NCBI GenBank assembly: GCA_017535325.1
Contig: JAFXUC010000080.1
Location: 1,213-65,212, forward strand
Length of the DNA stretch: 64,000 nucleotides
Origin: Bacteroidales bacterium
GTDB lineage: Bacteria; Bacteroidota; Bacteroidia; Bacteroidales; UBA3824
Reading direction: 5' to 3'
Shown here: piece by piece, positions 29,580 through 37,124 of the stretch
Layout of the letters: every line of letters starts with the position of its first letter
Position numbering within the stretch: position 1 is the first letter of the stretch
Made by a program: the position numbers and the translations under genes
The notes under the pieces: generated by a model
Told to the model about the DNA's origin: nothing
Databases searched by the model: none
What the model saw: the letters and a program-made list of their open reading frames with translations, nothing else

Positions 29580-29831
29580 ATGGACGCAAAGATAGATAAT
29601 ATTATTGAATATGCACCCATAAAACCCGAAAAAAAATTTTTTCAACGTTTGAGGGATTTTTGCGGCTGGGTGCTGAAAGGCTCTTTGAAACTTTCGGGCG
29701 TTGTATTGCTCGAAATGTTAACTCTTGTAATTGACCCTTTAAAGTCTTTTCTCTGCAAGTTCCTTGCGGTTCTTGGAGGTAGGGACGGCGGGGTTTGTGA
29801 TATGGCTGTTTTTTTACTGCGGATTTTATAA
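29580..29831 (+). CDS. hypothetical protein (element), weak
   Basis: 83-aa ORF. An antisense ORF of similar size exists, so coding status is uncertain. Confidence 0.3.
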   Translation: MDAKIDNIIEYAPIKPEKKFFQRLRDFCGWVLKGSLKLSGVVLLEMLTLVIDPLKSFLCKFLAVLGGRDGGVCDMAVFLLRIL

Positions 29832-29843
29832 GGAGGTGGTAGT

Positions 29844-29993
29844 ATGGGTAAAATCTATAATGCAATAAGAGGTGTTTTTGCTCTTATAGGCTACTTTGTA
29901 GTGTTTTATCATTTGATAATATCCGACTTACCGAGCCTTATAAAGTACCTTACAAATGCGGTAAAGAGTGTAATAATTTTTTTAATCTATTAG
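29844..29993 (+). CDS. 49-aa small membrane protein, below the ORF-track cutoff
   Basis: MGKIYNAIRGVFALIGYFVVFYHLIISDLPSLIKYLTNAVKSVIIFLIY*. Preceded by AAGGAGGTGG (29830..29839), a strong Shine-Dalgarno-like sequence that is rare elsewhere in this window. Confidence 0.45.
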   Translation: MGKIYNAIRGVFALIGYFVVFYHLIISDLPSLIKYLTNAVKSVIIFLIY

Positions 29994-29996
29994 ACT

Positions 29997-30782
29997 ATGG
30001 CAGAAAAAATTATCTCAACCCCTACCCTTGATGATGATTGCGATATGATAACTTTCATTCGGGATAAGGGTGCGACATCGGTGCAACGTGGATTTGACTA
30101 TGATTCTACTACGGCGCGACAAGAGTTTACCGAAAAAAACGGCAAATGCGACAATAATCGGACATCGGTGCAACGGTATAGCGACACATCGGCGGCACGT
30201 AGCAACAAGCCCAAACCGCCTACCGATAGAGAAATACTCTCTCTGAACGCTGATTTGGTTAAGGTCTTAAAAAACGACCGCTTTGTAAGATACAGCACCA
30301 ACGGCGACTACCGTAATTATTTGAATTTCTTTGACAACGTCCCGAAAAACCTTGTTAAAGAGGTCAATAAATTGGGTATAAAACGAGCGGACGGACGGGA
30401 GTATACACGCGAAACCATAAGCCGCGTAGTTACGGCAATGAAGATTGAGCGGCGGTTTAAGCCTTTTACGGTGTGGTTCATCGGGATTGCAGTATGTTTT
30501 TTCTCTGTTTATGCAACCCTGAAAATCTCGCAGTTTGAATTTGATTTTGGCAGCGTAGGCAGCGGAAACGGCGTTTTAACAAGTTCTTTTGGCGGCGGTT
30601 ATACTTTGGAGGACATTGACAAGCATATTAACGATTTGGCAAAAGAAAACAGAGTAACGATTTATCCGTTCAGACGTAACAAAATTAAAAAAGAAATTCA
30701 ATTAAGCGGCGATAACTCGCTGAAAAACATTGAATTAATTATAAATAACAATATTAATGAATTAAAAACCTTAACAAAATGA
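29997..30782 (+). CDS. hypothetical membrane-anchored protein (element)
   Basis: One TM (FTVWFIGIAVCFFSVYATL). Internal repeat ATSVQRG / RTSVQRY. No family recognised. Confidence 0.5.
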   Translation: MAEKIISTPTLDDDCDMITFIRDKGATSVQRGFDYDSTTARQEFTEKNGKCDNNRTSVQRYSDTSAARSNKPKPPTDREILSLNADLVKVLKNDRFVRYSTNGDYRNYLNFFDNVPKNLVKEVNKLGIKRADGREYTRETISRVVTAMKIERRFKPFTVWFIGIAVCFFSVYATLKISQFEFDFGSVGSGNGVLTSSFGGGYTLEDIDKHINDLAKENRVTIYPFRRNKIKKEIQLSGDNSLKNIELIINNNINELKTLTK

Positions 30783-31060
30783 AAGGATTATTCATAGGGT
30801 TGGTACTGTTGGCGGCGGTTTGCATTTTCAACGCCGTACAAAACCATCAGGCGGTAACGAGAGAGGAGTTTACCGAAACCCATAAACGGTTGAAAATGCA
30901 AGTTGACAGTATTTTAAGGAATTGTGATTCGCTCAAAAGTGAACTTCGGGCGGTGCGCTGTAATACTGATACGCTCCGAGCCGGTCAAGAGGTCATTTTT
31001 AAGACTATGAGTGAAAACCGCGAAAAACGGTCATTGTTGGACTTTATAATCGGGAGGTAA
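30779..31060 (+). CDS. hypothetical protein with N-terminal TM and coiled coil (element)
   Basis: ATGA overlap with the previous gene. MKGLFIGLVLLAAVCIF, then a helical region. Confidence 0.5.
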   Translation: MKGLFIGLVLLAAVCIFNAVQNHQAVTREEFTETHKRLKMQVDSILRNCDSLKSELRAVRCNTDTLRAGQEVIFKTMSENREKRSLLDFIIGR

Positions 31061-31062
31061 TT

Positions 31063-31284
31063 ATGGACACAAAGAGTAAAGAATACTTGGAAGAGTTGGA
31101 TACTATTCTCGACATCGGACAACAGCAACGGAAAATTGCGGATATAAATTGCAATAATCCGAGTTACTATGATAAACTCAAATTACAGAGTTTTATACTG
31201 ATACGAAAAATTAATAAATATAATCATAAATATTGTTGTAAAAAATGCAGAAAGAAAGAGAACCAACAAGGCGGCGGGGATTAA
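31063..31284 (+). CDS. hypothetical protein (element)
   Basis: Starts 2 nt after the previous stop. 73 aa. Confidence 0.4.
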   Translation: MDTKSKEYLEELDTILDIGQQQRKIADINCNNPSYYDKLKLQSFILIRKINKYNHKYCCKKCRKKENQQGGGD

Positions 31285-31496
31285 CGCCGAGTCCGTTCCA
31301 ATATGATTATTTTGGACGGCTGCAAAAAATATCCCCAATAACGGCGGCGCAAATCAGCGGATTTTATGAAACGTTGAAATTATGTGCCGACAGAAATAAC
31401 TTAGCGAAACTCTTACAAAACGCGGATTTAATACCGTCAAACGGCGACAAAACGCGGATTTTGGAGTTAGCGGAAATTATAAAAACCGAAAATTAA
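31245..31496 (+). CDS. hypothetical protein (element)
   Basis: 83-aa ORF overlapping the previous one by 40 nt, so the start is uncertain. Confidence 0.35.
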   Translation: MQKEREPTRRRGLTPSPFQYDYFGRLQKISPITAAQISGFYETLKLCADRNNLAKLLQNADLIPSNGDKTRILELAEIIKTEN

Positions 31497-31513
31497 TTAA
31501 TAAAATAAACAAA

Positions 31514-31834
31514 ATGAATACAGATACATTAGAAATACTGTTAAAGCAGTTGATTTCAGAAGTACACGATTCTCGAATGGCGACAATAATATCACAGAAA
31601 GAATGGCTCAATACAGAGGAAGCAGCATTTTTTCTTGGTATAACGCCGCAATCATTAAACCAACGTGCGGTTGATAAGACAATCGTCTATTATAAAGGTA
31701 ATGGTAAATATCGGTCATATAATAAAAAAGAACTTATGGAGAGTTTTTTTGGCAAACAAGACCGTGTTCCGACCAATAGTGAAATAGAAGAACGAGCGGC
31801 GGAGGAACGACGAAAGAGAATGTATGGAAAATAA
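31514..31834 (+). CDS. excisionase-type / MerR-like helix-turn-helix DNA-binding protein
   Basis: EWLNTEEAAFFLGITPQSLNQRAVDKTIVYYKGNGKYRSYNKKEL matches the winged-HTH pattern of excisionase-family proteins. The terminator CTGACGGT...ACCGTCAG at 31840..31865 follows. Confidence 0.6.
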   Translation: MNTDTLEILLKQLISEVHDSRMATIISQKEWLNTEEAAFFLGITPQSLNQRAVDKTIVYYKGNGKYRSYNKKELMESFFGKQDRVPTNSEIEERAAEERRKRMYGK

Positions 31835-31986
31835 AAAAACTGACGGTGCTTGGTTCTACCGTCAGTTTTAAAAATTCTTTATTTGGCTGTAAAACAGCAC
31901 TTGATAGTTGATAGATTTTTCAAGTGCAAAGATAAATATTTTTTCTTGTTTTACAGCCATTTTAACAAATTTTAATAATATAAAAA

Positions 31987-33198
31987 ATGGCAACATCAAA
32001 AAATAAAAAAGACGAAAATTACAACGAACCCACACAAATCAAAGTGGAGCGTTATCTCAACAACAATTACGATTTTCGATGGAACACCGTACTCAAAGAT
32101 TGTTTCTACAAGAAGAAAGGCGAAGACAACAGTTGTTACCAACAAATAAGTGTTCCCAAGTTGTGGCGAGAACTGCAAACGCACGGTTTCAAGTATTCTG
32201 CAACCAATTTGGAATACACGATGGGCAGCGACTTTGTGCCGCAATACGACCCAATCAAAGAGTATTTTGAGGGACTTCCAAAGTGGGACGGCAAAACCGA
32301 CCACATCCGCAAACTATGCAGCCATATTGTATTGGTGGACGAAACAGACGAGGAAATTGAACGCTTAAACACTATGTTCCAAAAATGGTTGGTGCGCTGT
32401 ATCCGTTGTGCATTAGGCGGACGGCTCAACCGTGAAGTGATTATGTTTAAGTCCGACAAGCAAAGACTTGGCAAAACGGAGTTTTTTCGCTATCTGACAC
32501 GTTGCACCAATTTGAGCGACTACTATATGGAAAATCCCGAAATCGGCAACAAGGATGCCCTAATCTCCCTCACCGAAAATATCATCATAAACTTTGATGA
32601 ATACGACAAGTATTTGCGCGAGGGCGACCTACCAAAAATGAAGTCCTACATATCGCAGGACTCGCCAAAGGTGCGCGTACCATACGGACGTAAACAAGAG
32701 AAAATCAAACGTATATGCAGTTTCGTTGCTACAACCAATATTCCCGATTTTTTGAGGGACGAAACGGGCAACACGCGGTTTATCTGTTTCGACATTGACG
32801 GCATTGATTGGCGCGAATATACCAAAATGGATATTAACCTGATTTGGGGTCAAGCATACCACCTCTACCAACTTTCTTTGTCAGGCAAATATAATTGCGA
32901 AATGACCGACAGCGAAGTACAAGCCAACAACCTCAACAACCTCAAATACCTTTATCATTCATCAGAATATGAATTGATACAGAAGATATTTGAGCCAAGC
33001 GACAACCCCGCTGACTTTATGACTACCACCGACATAGCCGACTACCTCCACGACAACACCCGGTACAAGAATATCACCACAAATGCCGTAGGTAGAGCGT
33101 TGACCGCACAAGGCTATAAAAAGGTGCATAATAAGACGGATAATGCAAAACAAGGTTATCAAATTCGAGAAAAAAACCGTACTACTGAACTATTTTAA
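31987..33198 (+). CDS. VirE/VapE-family P-loop protein (replication-associated, helicase-like)
   Basis: PKWDGKTDHIRKL, Walker A-like SDKQRLGKTEFFRYL, Walker B-like IINFDEYDK, TTNIPDFLRDETGNTRF. Confidence 0.65.
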   Translation: MATSKNKKDENYNEPTQIKVERYLNNNYDFRWNTVLKDCFYKKKGEDNSCYQQISVPKLWRELQTHGFKYSATNLEYTMGSDFVPQYDPIKEYFEGLPKWDGKTDHIRKLCSHIVLVDETDEEIERLNTMFQKWLVRCIRCALGGRLNREVIMFKSDKQRLGKTEFFRYLTRCTNLSDYYMENPEIGNKDALISLTENIIINFDEYDKYLREGDLPKMKSYISQDSPKVRVPYGRKQEKIKRICSFVATTNIPDFLRDETGNTRFICFDIDGIDWREYTKMDINLIWGQAYHLYQLSLSGKYNCEMTDSEVQANNLNNLKYLYHSSEYELIQKIFEPSDNPADFMTTTDIADYLHDNTRYKNITTNAVGRALTAQGYKKVHNKTDNAKQGYQIREKNRTTELF

Positions 33199-33240
33199 TT
33201 TTAAATTACTGTAATATAGATAGTTATGGTTAATATATAA

Positions 33241-33280
33241 TCTATACTATTCTATACTATTCTGTACTATTCTATACTAT
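33241..33280 (+). repeat. four tandem 10-bp iterons, candidate replication origin
   Basis: TCTATACTAT TCTATACTAT TCTGTACTAT TCTATACTAT. Inverted copies of the core (ATAGTACGG) lie at 33312..33320 and 33372..33380, and AATAGTGTAG at 33363..33372. Confidence 0.6.
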
Positions 33281-33669
33281 TTTAATGCTTTGCAAAAGAA
33301 AAAAGTATGAAATAGTACGGATTAGAACGGAAATATTTTTTGTAAGTTGCTGAAAATCAACGAATAGTGTAGATAGTACGGATTTTGCCAAATTTCGCAA
33401 AAAAATCTTACAAAACATTTTGCGTAAAAACAAGAGTTAACATATTAAAAAACAGACAATTATGCAACCAAAAATACTTAAAAACATATCATTGTCCGAT
33501 TTTATAAAACTCCGTAAGATAATGGACGAAAAAGCGGAAAAGGGAGAAGAAATACCTTTATTATTTCGCTTAATACCTAAAATCAGACCGTTATTGAATA
33601 ACATAGCAAAGAAAAAAACTCTTTTTCTTTTGCAATGCATTGATAATAAACTTTTAATATCACAAAATT

Positions 33670-34596
33670 ATGAATATAACAGAATTAAAAAAATACGTAA
33701 AAATAAGTGATTTTATGCACATAAATCACTATGAGCCAACAAGTAAGAGTGGCAAATATCTTCATTATAAAAGTCCTTTGAGAGAGGACAAAAAGCCGTC
33801 TTTTTGGGTGGACATCGAAAAGGACATTTGCGGCGACTTTTCAACGGGTAAAATTGGCGATATTGTAAATTTGGCAGCGGCGTTTTGGCGTTTGGATTTA
33901 AAGGCGGCAAAACAAAATTTGGAAGATATGTTCAGGCTTGGTTCTTTTTCTTTTGCAAAGCCGAAATATACTTTTCAAAAGAGCAGCGCACCGACCGCAG
34001 CCACCGAAAGCAAGGTTTATATAAAACACGTTCAAGACATTCAAAACGCGGCGTTATTGCAGTATATTGAGGAGCGCGGTATAAGTTGTGCCGTTGCAAA
34101 AGAGTATGTGAAAGAGGTTTACTATAAAACTGCGGACACCGAAACGGCGCGTCAATATTTTGCGTTGGCGTTCAGGAACGACAAAGGCGGTTATGAATTA
34201 CGAAACAAATACTTCAAAGGCTCAACATCACCCAAAGACGTAACAACCATAAAAAACGGCTCAAAATCCGTACTGATTTTTGAGGGATTTTTTGACTTTT
34301 TGGCGTGTGTGGAATATTGGAATGGTAAAAACAAGATAATCCCCTACGATATAATTGTATTAAATTCGGTCAGCAATGCCAACAAAATCAATCTTGACAA
34401 ATACGATACAATAAAGTTGCTGTTGGACAACGACACCGCCGGACAGAACACCGCCGAACTTTTAACAATACAGTACAGCGGCAAGACAGTTGAAAACGTA
34501 ACAAAAAAACTGTTTGTCGGTGAGTTTAAAGAGTGTAAGGATTTCAACGATTATTGGCGAAAGGTCATAAAAAGCATTAAAAAAAATGTTGTGTAA
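33670..34596 (+). CDS. Toprim-domain DNA primase-like protein
   Basis: N-terminal YKSPLREDKKPSFWVD...CGDFSTGKIGDIVNL (degenerate CHC2 finger region as in Bacteroides mobilizable-element primases). C-terminal VLIFEGFFDFL...LLLDNDTAG is a Toprim E...DxD pattern. Confidence 0.7.
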   Translation: MNITELKKYVKISDFMHINHYEPTSKSGKYLHYKSPLREDKKPSFWVDIEKDICGDFSTGKIGDIVNLAAAFWRLDLKAAKQNLEDMFRLGSFSFAKPKYTFQKSSAPTAATESKVYIKHVQDIQNAALLQYIEERGISCAVAKEYVKEVYYKTADTETARQYFALAFRNDKGGYELRNKYFKGSTSPKDVTTIKNGSKSVLIFEGFFDFLACVEYWNGKNKIIPYDIIVLNSVSNANKINLDKYDTIKLLLDNDTAGQNTAELLTIQYSGKTVENVTKKLFVGEFKECKDFNDYWRKVIKSIKKNVV

Positions 34597-34732
34597 TTAT
34601 GATAAATTACATACTTTTGCACTTTGTATTTACTATGAATAAATAAGTAAAATTGGTGCTAAAATGGTGCAATTTTTTATTAACTATGTATATAACTGTT
34701 TGGTATTCAGTTGTATATGTAATGATAACACT

Positions 34733-34751
34733 TTCTGCATTGGTAAATAAA
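34733..34751 (+). repeat. attR-like copy of the direct repeat (displaced mnmE 3' end remnant)
   Basis: TTC TGC ATT GGT AAA TAA A. Reads FCIGK* but has no ORF upstream. Confidence 0.75.
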
Positions 34752-34774
34752 CAAAACAAAAAGAGCAGCGTACA

Positions 34775-35668
34775 ATGGGAAAAATTCTGATAATATTTCT
34801 TTATTTGACGGTTTTCGGCATCGAACCCGATACTACTTCGCGGGTTTATTTTTCTGCGTCGCCTCAGGAGATGTCCGAAGCGGATTCCGCAAATTTGTAT
34901 ATGCCTTTTTCCTCTGAAAATGAAGGTGTTATCTTCACTGCTTTCGGTATCAAAGCGGAATATGTAAAAGTTAACCCGCCGGTTTATGACAGGTTTCATA
35001 TAGATTTGAACAAAGACAGGTTCAAGGAAGTATATCCGTGGCAGGTGTTTTTGCCGTTGCTTTTTTGCGTTGTGCTGATACTTTTGGCGCGGTTTTACGT
35101 CTCTGACAGCATAAGGCGGGTGTTTTTGGCGGTCTTTTACGACAACGCCTTTCAAAATGCGGTTTCGGAAAAAAACGTCAACGCCGACAAAGCGGGTTAT
35201 ATGCTTTTTATTTGTTACCTTGTTAACGCCGTTCTTGTGATTTGCGTCTGTCTTTTCCGTTACGGAAGTCCTTTCGTGGAAAATTTCGGCAGGGCGTTGA
35301 TGATTTTAACCGCCGCCGTTGCGGGATTTTATGTGATAAAGAGAATGATTTCGGGTGTTTTGTCCGAACTTTTCGGCTGCCGTGATATTTTTTCGCTTTA
35401 TTACAAACGCTCGTCTTTTATTTTTCAGGCGTTGGGAGTGGTGTTAACGGTCGTAAATTTCATAAGTTTTTATGTAGCCTCGGCGTCGGTTCACGATTTT
35501 GCCTTTTATTTTACCGTGATTTTGTGCGTTTTTGCGGAGATTTGGAAAATTTTTAAACTTTTTTCAATTATATTTGAAAAACGGTTTCCGATTTTTTATT
35601 TGTTTTTATACCTTTGCGGCGTGGAATTTTTACCCGCTGTTTATGCCGTCAAAATATTGTCCGATTGA
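34775..35668 (+). CDS. DUF4271-like multi-pass membrane protein
   Basis: Six or more hydrophobic helices. It lies immediately upstream of a hemD-like gene, a recurrent Bacteroidota arrangement. Confidence 0.6.
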   Translation: MGKILIIFLYLTVFGIEPDTTSRVYFSASPQEMSEADSANLYMPFSSENEGVIFTAFGIKAEYVKVNPPVYDRFHIDLNKDRFKEVYPWQVFLPLLFCVVLILLARFYVSDSIRRVFLAVFYDNAFQNAVSEKNVNADKAGYMLFICYLVNAVLVICVCLFRYGSPFVENFGRALMILTAAVAGFYVIKRMISGVLSELFGCRDIFSLYYKRSSFIFQALGVVLTVVNFISFYVASASVHDFAFYFTVILCVFAEIWKIFKLFSIIFEKRFPIFYLFLYLCGVEFLPAVYAVKILSD

Positions 35669-35731
35669 CGGCCGGCACAACAAAAGAGAGAGTTTACGGA
35701 CAGAATATGAATAAATTAAAAGAGAATAATT

Positions 35732-36490
35732 TTGAAAATAAGTAACGTACTGGTTTCGCAGCCCAAACCTGCGGCTGAGAGCAACAATCCTTACCAGCTG
35801 TTGGCTGATAAGTTGAAATTTAACGTTGAATTCAGACAGTTTATCAAAGTGGAGGGGGTAACTTCCAAGGAGTTCCGCGGTCAGCACATAAACCTGCCCG
35901 ATTTTACCGCCGTCGTTTTTACCTCCAAAATCGGGATAGACAATTACTTTAAGTTTGCAAAAGAGATAAAATTCAACGTGCCGGAGGATATGCTTTATTT
36001 TTGCACGACTGAGGCTATCGCGCTTTATCTTCAAAAATATATAATCTTCCGTAAAAGGAAAATTTTTTACGGCACCAAGACAATTTCGGACATAACGGAT
36101 ACCATCAAAAAGCATCTTGATGCAAAGGTTTTGATTGTAAAAGGCGATGTTTCCAACGATGAGATACCGAAGTTTTTCGACAAGATGAAAATGTTTCACA
36201 AGGAAATCACGCTTTACAAAACCGTCAGCGCGGATTTGTCGGATATAGAAAAGGATTTTTCAAAATATCAGGTCTTGGTATTTTTCACGCCTTCGGGTAT
36301 AAAATCTCTGAAAGAGAATTTCCCCGATTGGAAACAGGGCGATGTGAAAATTGCCGCTTTTGGTGCAACAACTCACGAGGAAATCAAAAAACTCGGTTAT
36401 ACGCTTGACATAGCAGCCCCGACGGAGGAAAACCCGTCAATGATTATGGCGTTGGAAAAATTTATTACCGCCGCCAACAAAAAGAAGTAA
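35732..36490 (+). CDS. hemD: uroporphyrinogen-III synthase-like protein
   Basis: (TTG)KISNVLVSQPKP..., two-lobed HEM4-like repeat (VVFTSKIGIDNYF / LVFFTPSGIKSL). Confidence 0.7.
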   Translation: MKISNVLVSQPKPAAESNNPYQLLADKLKFNVEFRQFIKVEGVTSKEFRGQHINLPDFTAVVFTSKIGIDNYFKFAKEIKFNVPEDMLYFCTTEAIALYLQKYIIFRKRKIFYGTKTISDITDTIKKHLDAKVLIVKGDVSNDEIPKFFDKMKMFHKEITLYKTVSADLSDIEKDFSKYQVLVFFTPSGIKSLKENFPDWKQGDVKIAAFGATTHEEIKKLGYTLDIAAPTEENPSMIMALEKFITAANKKK

Positions 36491-36499
36491 ATAATTTTT

Positions 36500-36898
36500 A
36501 TGCCTAAAAAATACGGACTTTCAAGAAGCGAAAAACTGAAAAGCGTTGTCAGGACGGAAAAACTTTTCACGAAGGGAAAATCTTTCAGGGTTTTCCCTTT
36601 CAGTGTATATTTTCATTTAAGTAACGACGGGGAACTTACACAAAATCAGTTTCTTGTATCGGTCGGAAAACATTATTTCAAACATGCCGTCGACAGAAAC
36701 CGTATGAAAAGGCTCGTCAGGGAGGCTTACCGCAAAAACAAACTGCCGCTTTACGCAGTCTCGGAAGAAAAAAAGGTGTTTTTCAATATCGGCTTTGTTT
36801 ACCGTCTCAACGTTTTGAGTGATTATAAGACTGTTGAGACGGCGGTTAAAAACGCCTTGCAGATTTTGTCCGAGAAAATTGAGGCGTTTAATGCTTGA
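36500..36898 (+). CDS. rnpA: ribonuclease P protein component
   Basis: AVDRNRMKRLVREAYR is the RNase P protein signature. 132 aa. Confidence 0.85.
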   Translation: MPKKYGLSRSEKLKSVVRTEKLFTKGKSFRVFPFSVYFHLSNDGELTQNQFLVSVGKHYFKHAVDRNRMKRLVREAYRKNKLPLYAVSEEKKVFFNIGFVYRLNVLSDYKTVETAVKNALQILSEKIEAFNA

Positions 36899-37061
36899 AA
36901 ACAAACTTGAAAGTATAATCTCTGTAACCGCTTGTGGTAAAGTTGTTTAGACAGAGATTGAGTCCGCAGTCCTTGCAAAACGGCTCAAAACCGTAGACAA
37001 ATTCTCCGCAGGCGGGGCAGCAGTGGTAAACTGTTATGTTGAAATATGAAAAAAAATTCAT
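36888..37061 (-). CDS. 57-aa zinc-ribbon-like small ORF, below the ORF-track cutoff
   Basis: MNFFSYFNITVYHCCPACGEFVYGFEPFCKDCGLNLCLNNFTTSGYRDYTFKFVFKH*. CPAC...CKDC pairs. Its 3' end overlaps the rnpA 3' end by 11 nt. Confidence 0.3.
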   Translation of the reverse strand: MNFFSYFNITVYHCCPACGEFVYGFEPFCKDCGLNLCLNNFTTSGYRDYTFKFVFKH

Positions 37062-37124
37062 CTTTTTCTCGTTTTTTACATCACAAATTTATAAATTTGC
37101 TTTTTTATTACAAAAAAAACTTTT

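Larger units (their letters stand above)
25364..34751. mobile_element. ~9.4-kb integrative element in the mnmE 3' end, without virion or transfer genes (satellite-like)
   Basis: Bounded by TTTTGCATTGGAAAATAAA (25364..25382) and TTCTGCATTGGTAAATAAA (34733..34751), identical at 17 of 19 positions, both reading FCIGK*. Integrase at the left end. Phage/plasmid-like gene content. Housekeeping genes resume right after the right repeat. Confidence 0.8.

Noticed and set aside
33241-33280. Tandem repeats as a CRISPR array
   Set aside because: The units are 10 bp with no spacers, and no cas genes are present. Iterons are the better explanation. No CRISPR-like repeat-spacer structure was seen anywhere in the window.
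34607-35155. 182-aa minus-strand ORF spanning the right end of the element
   Set aside because: It is antisense to the much better supported DUF4271 membrane gene and runs across the attR repeat and non-coding AT-rich DNA. Its composition is basic and low-complexity, typical of antisense artefacts.
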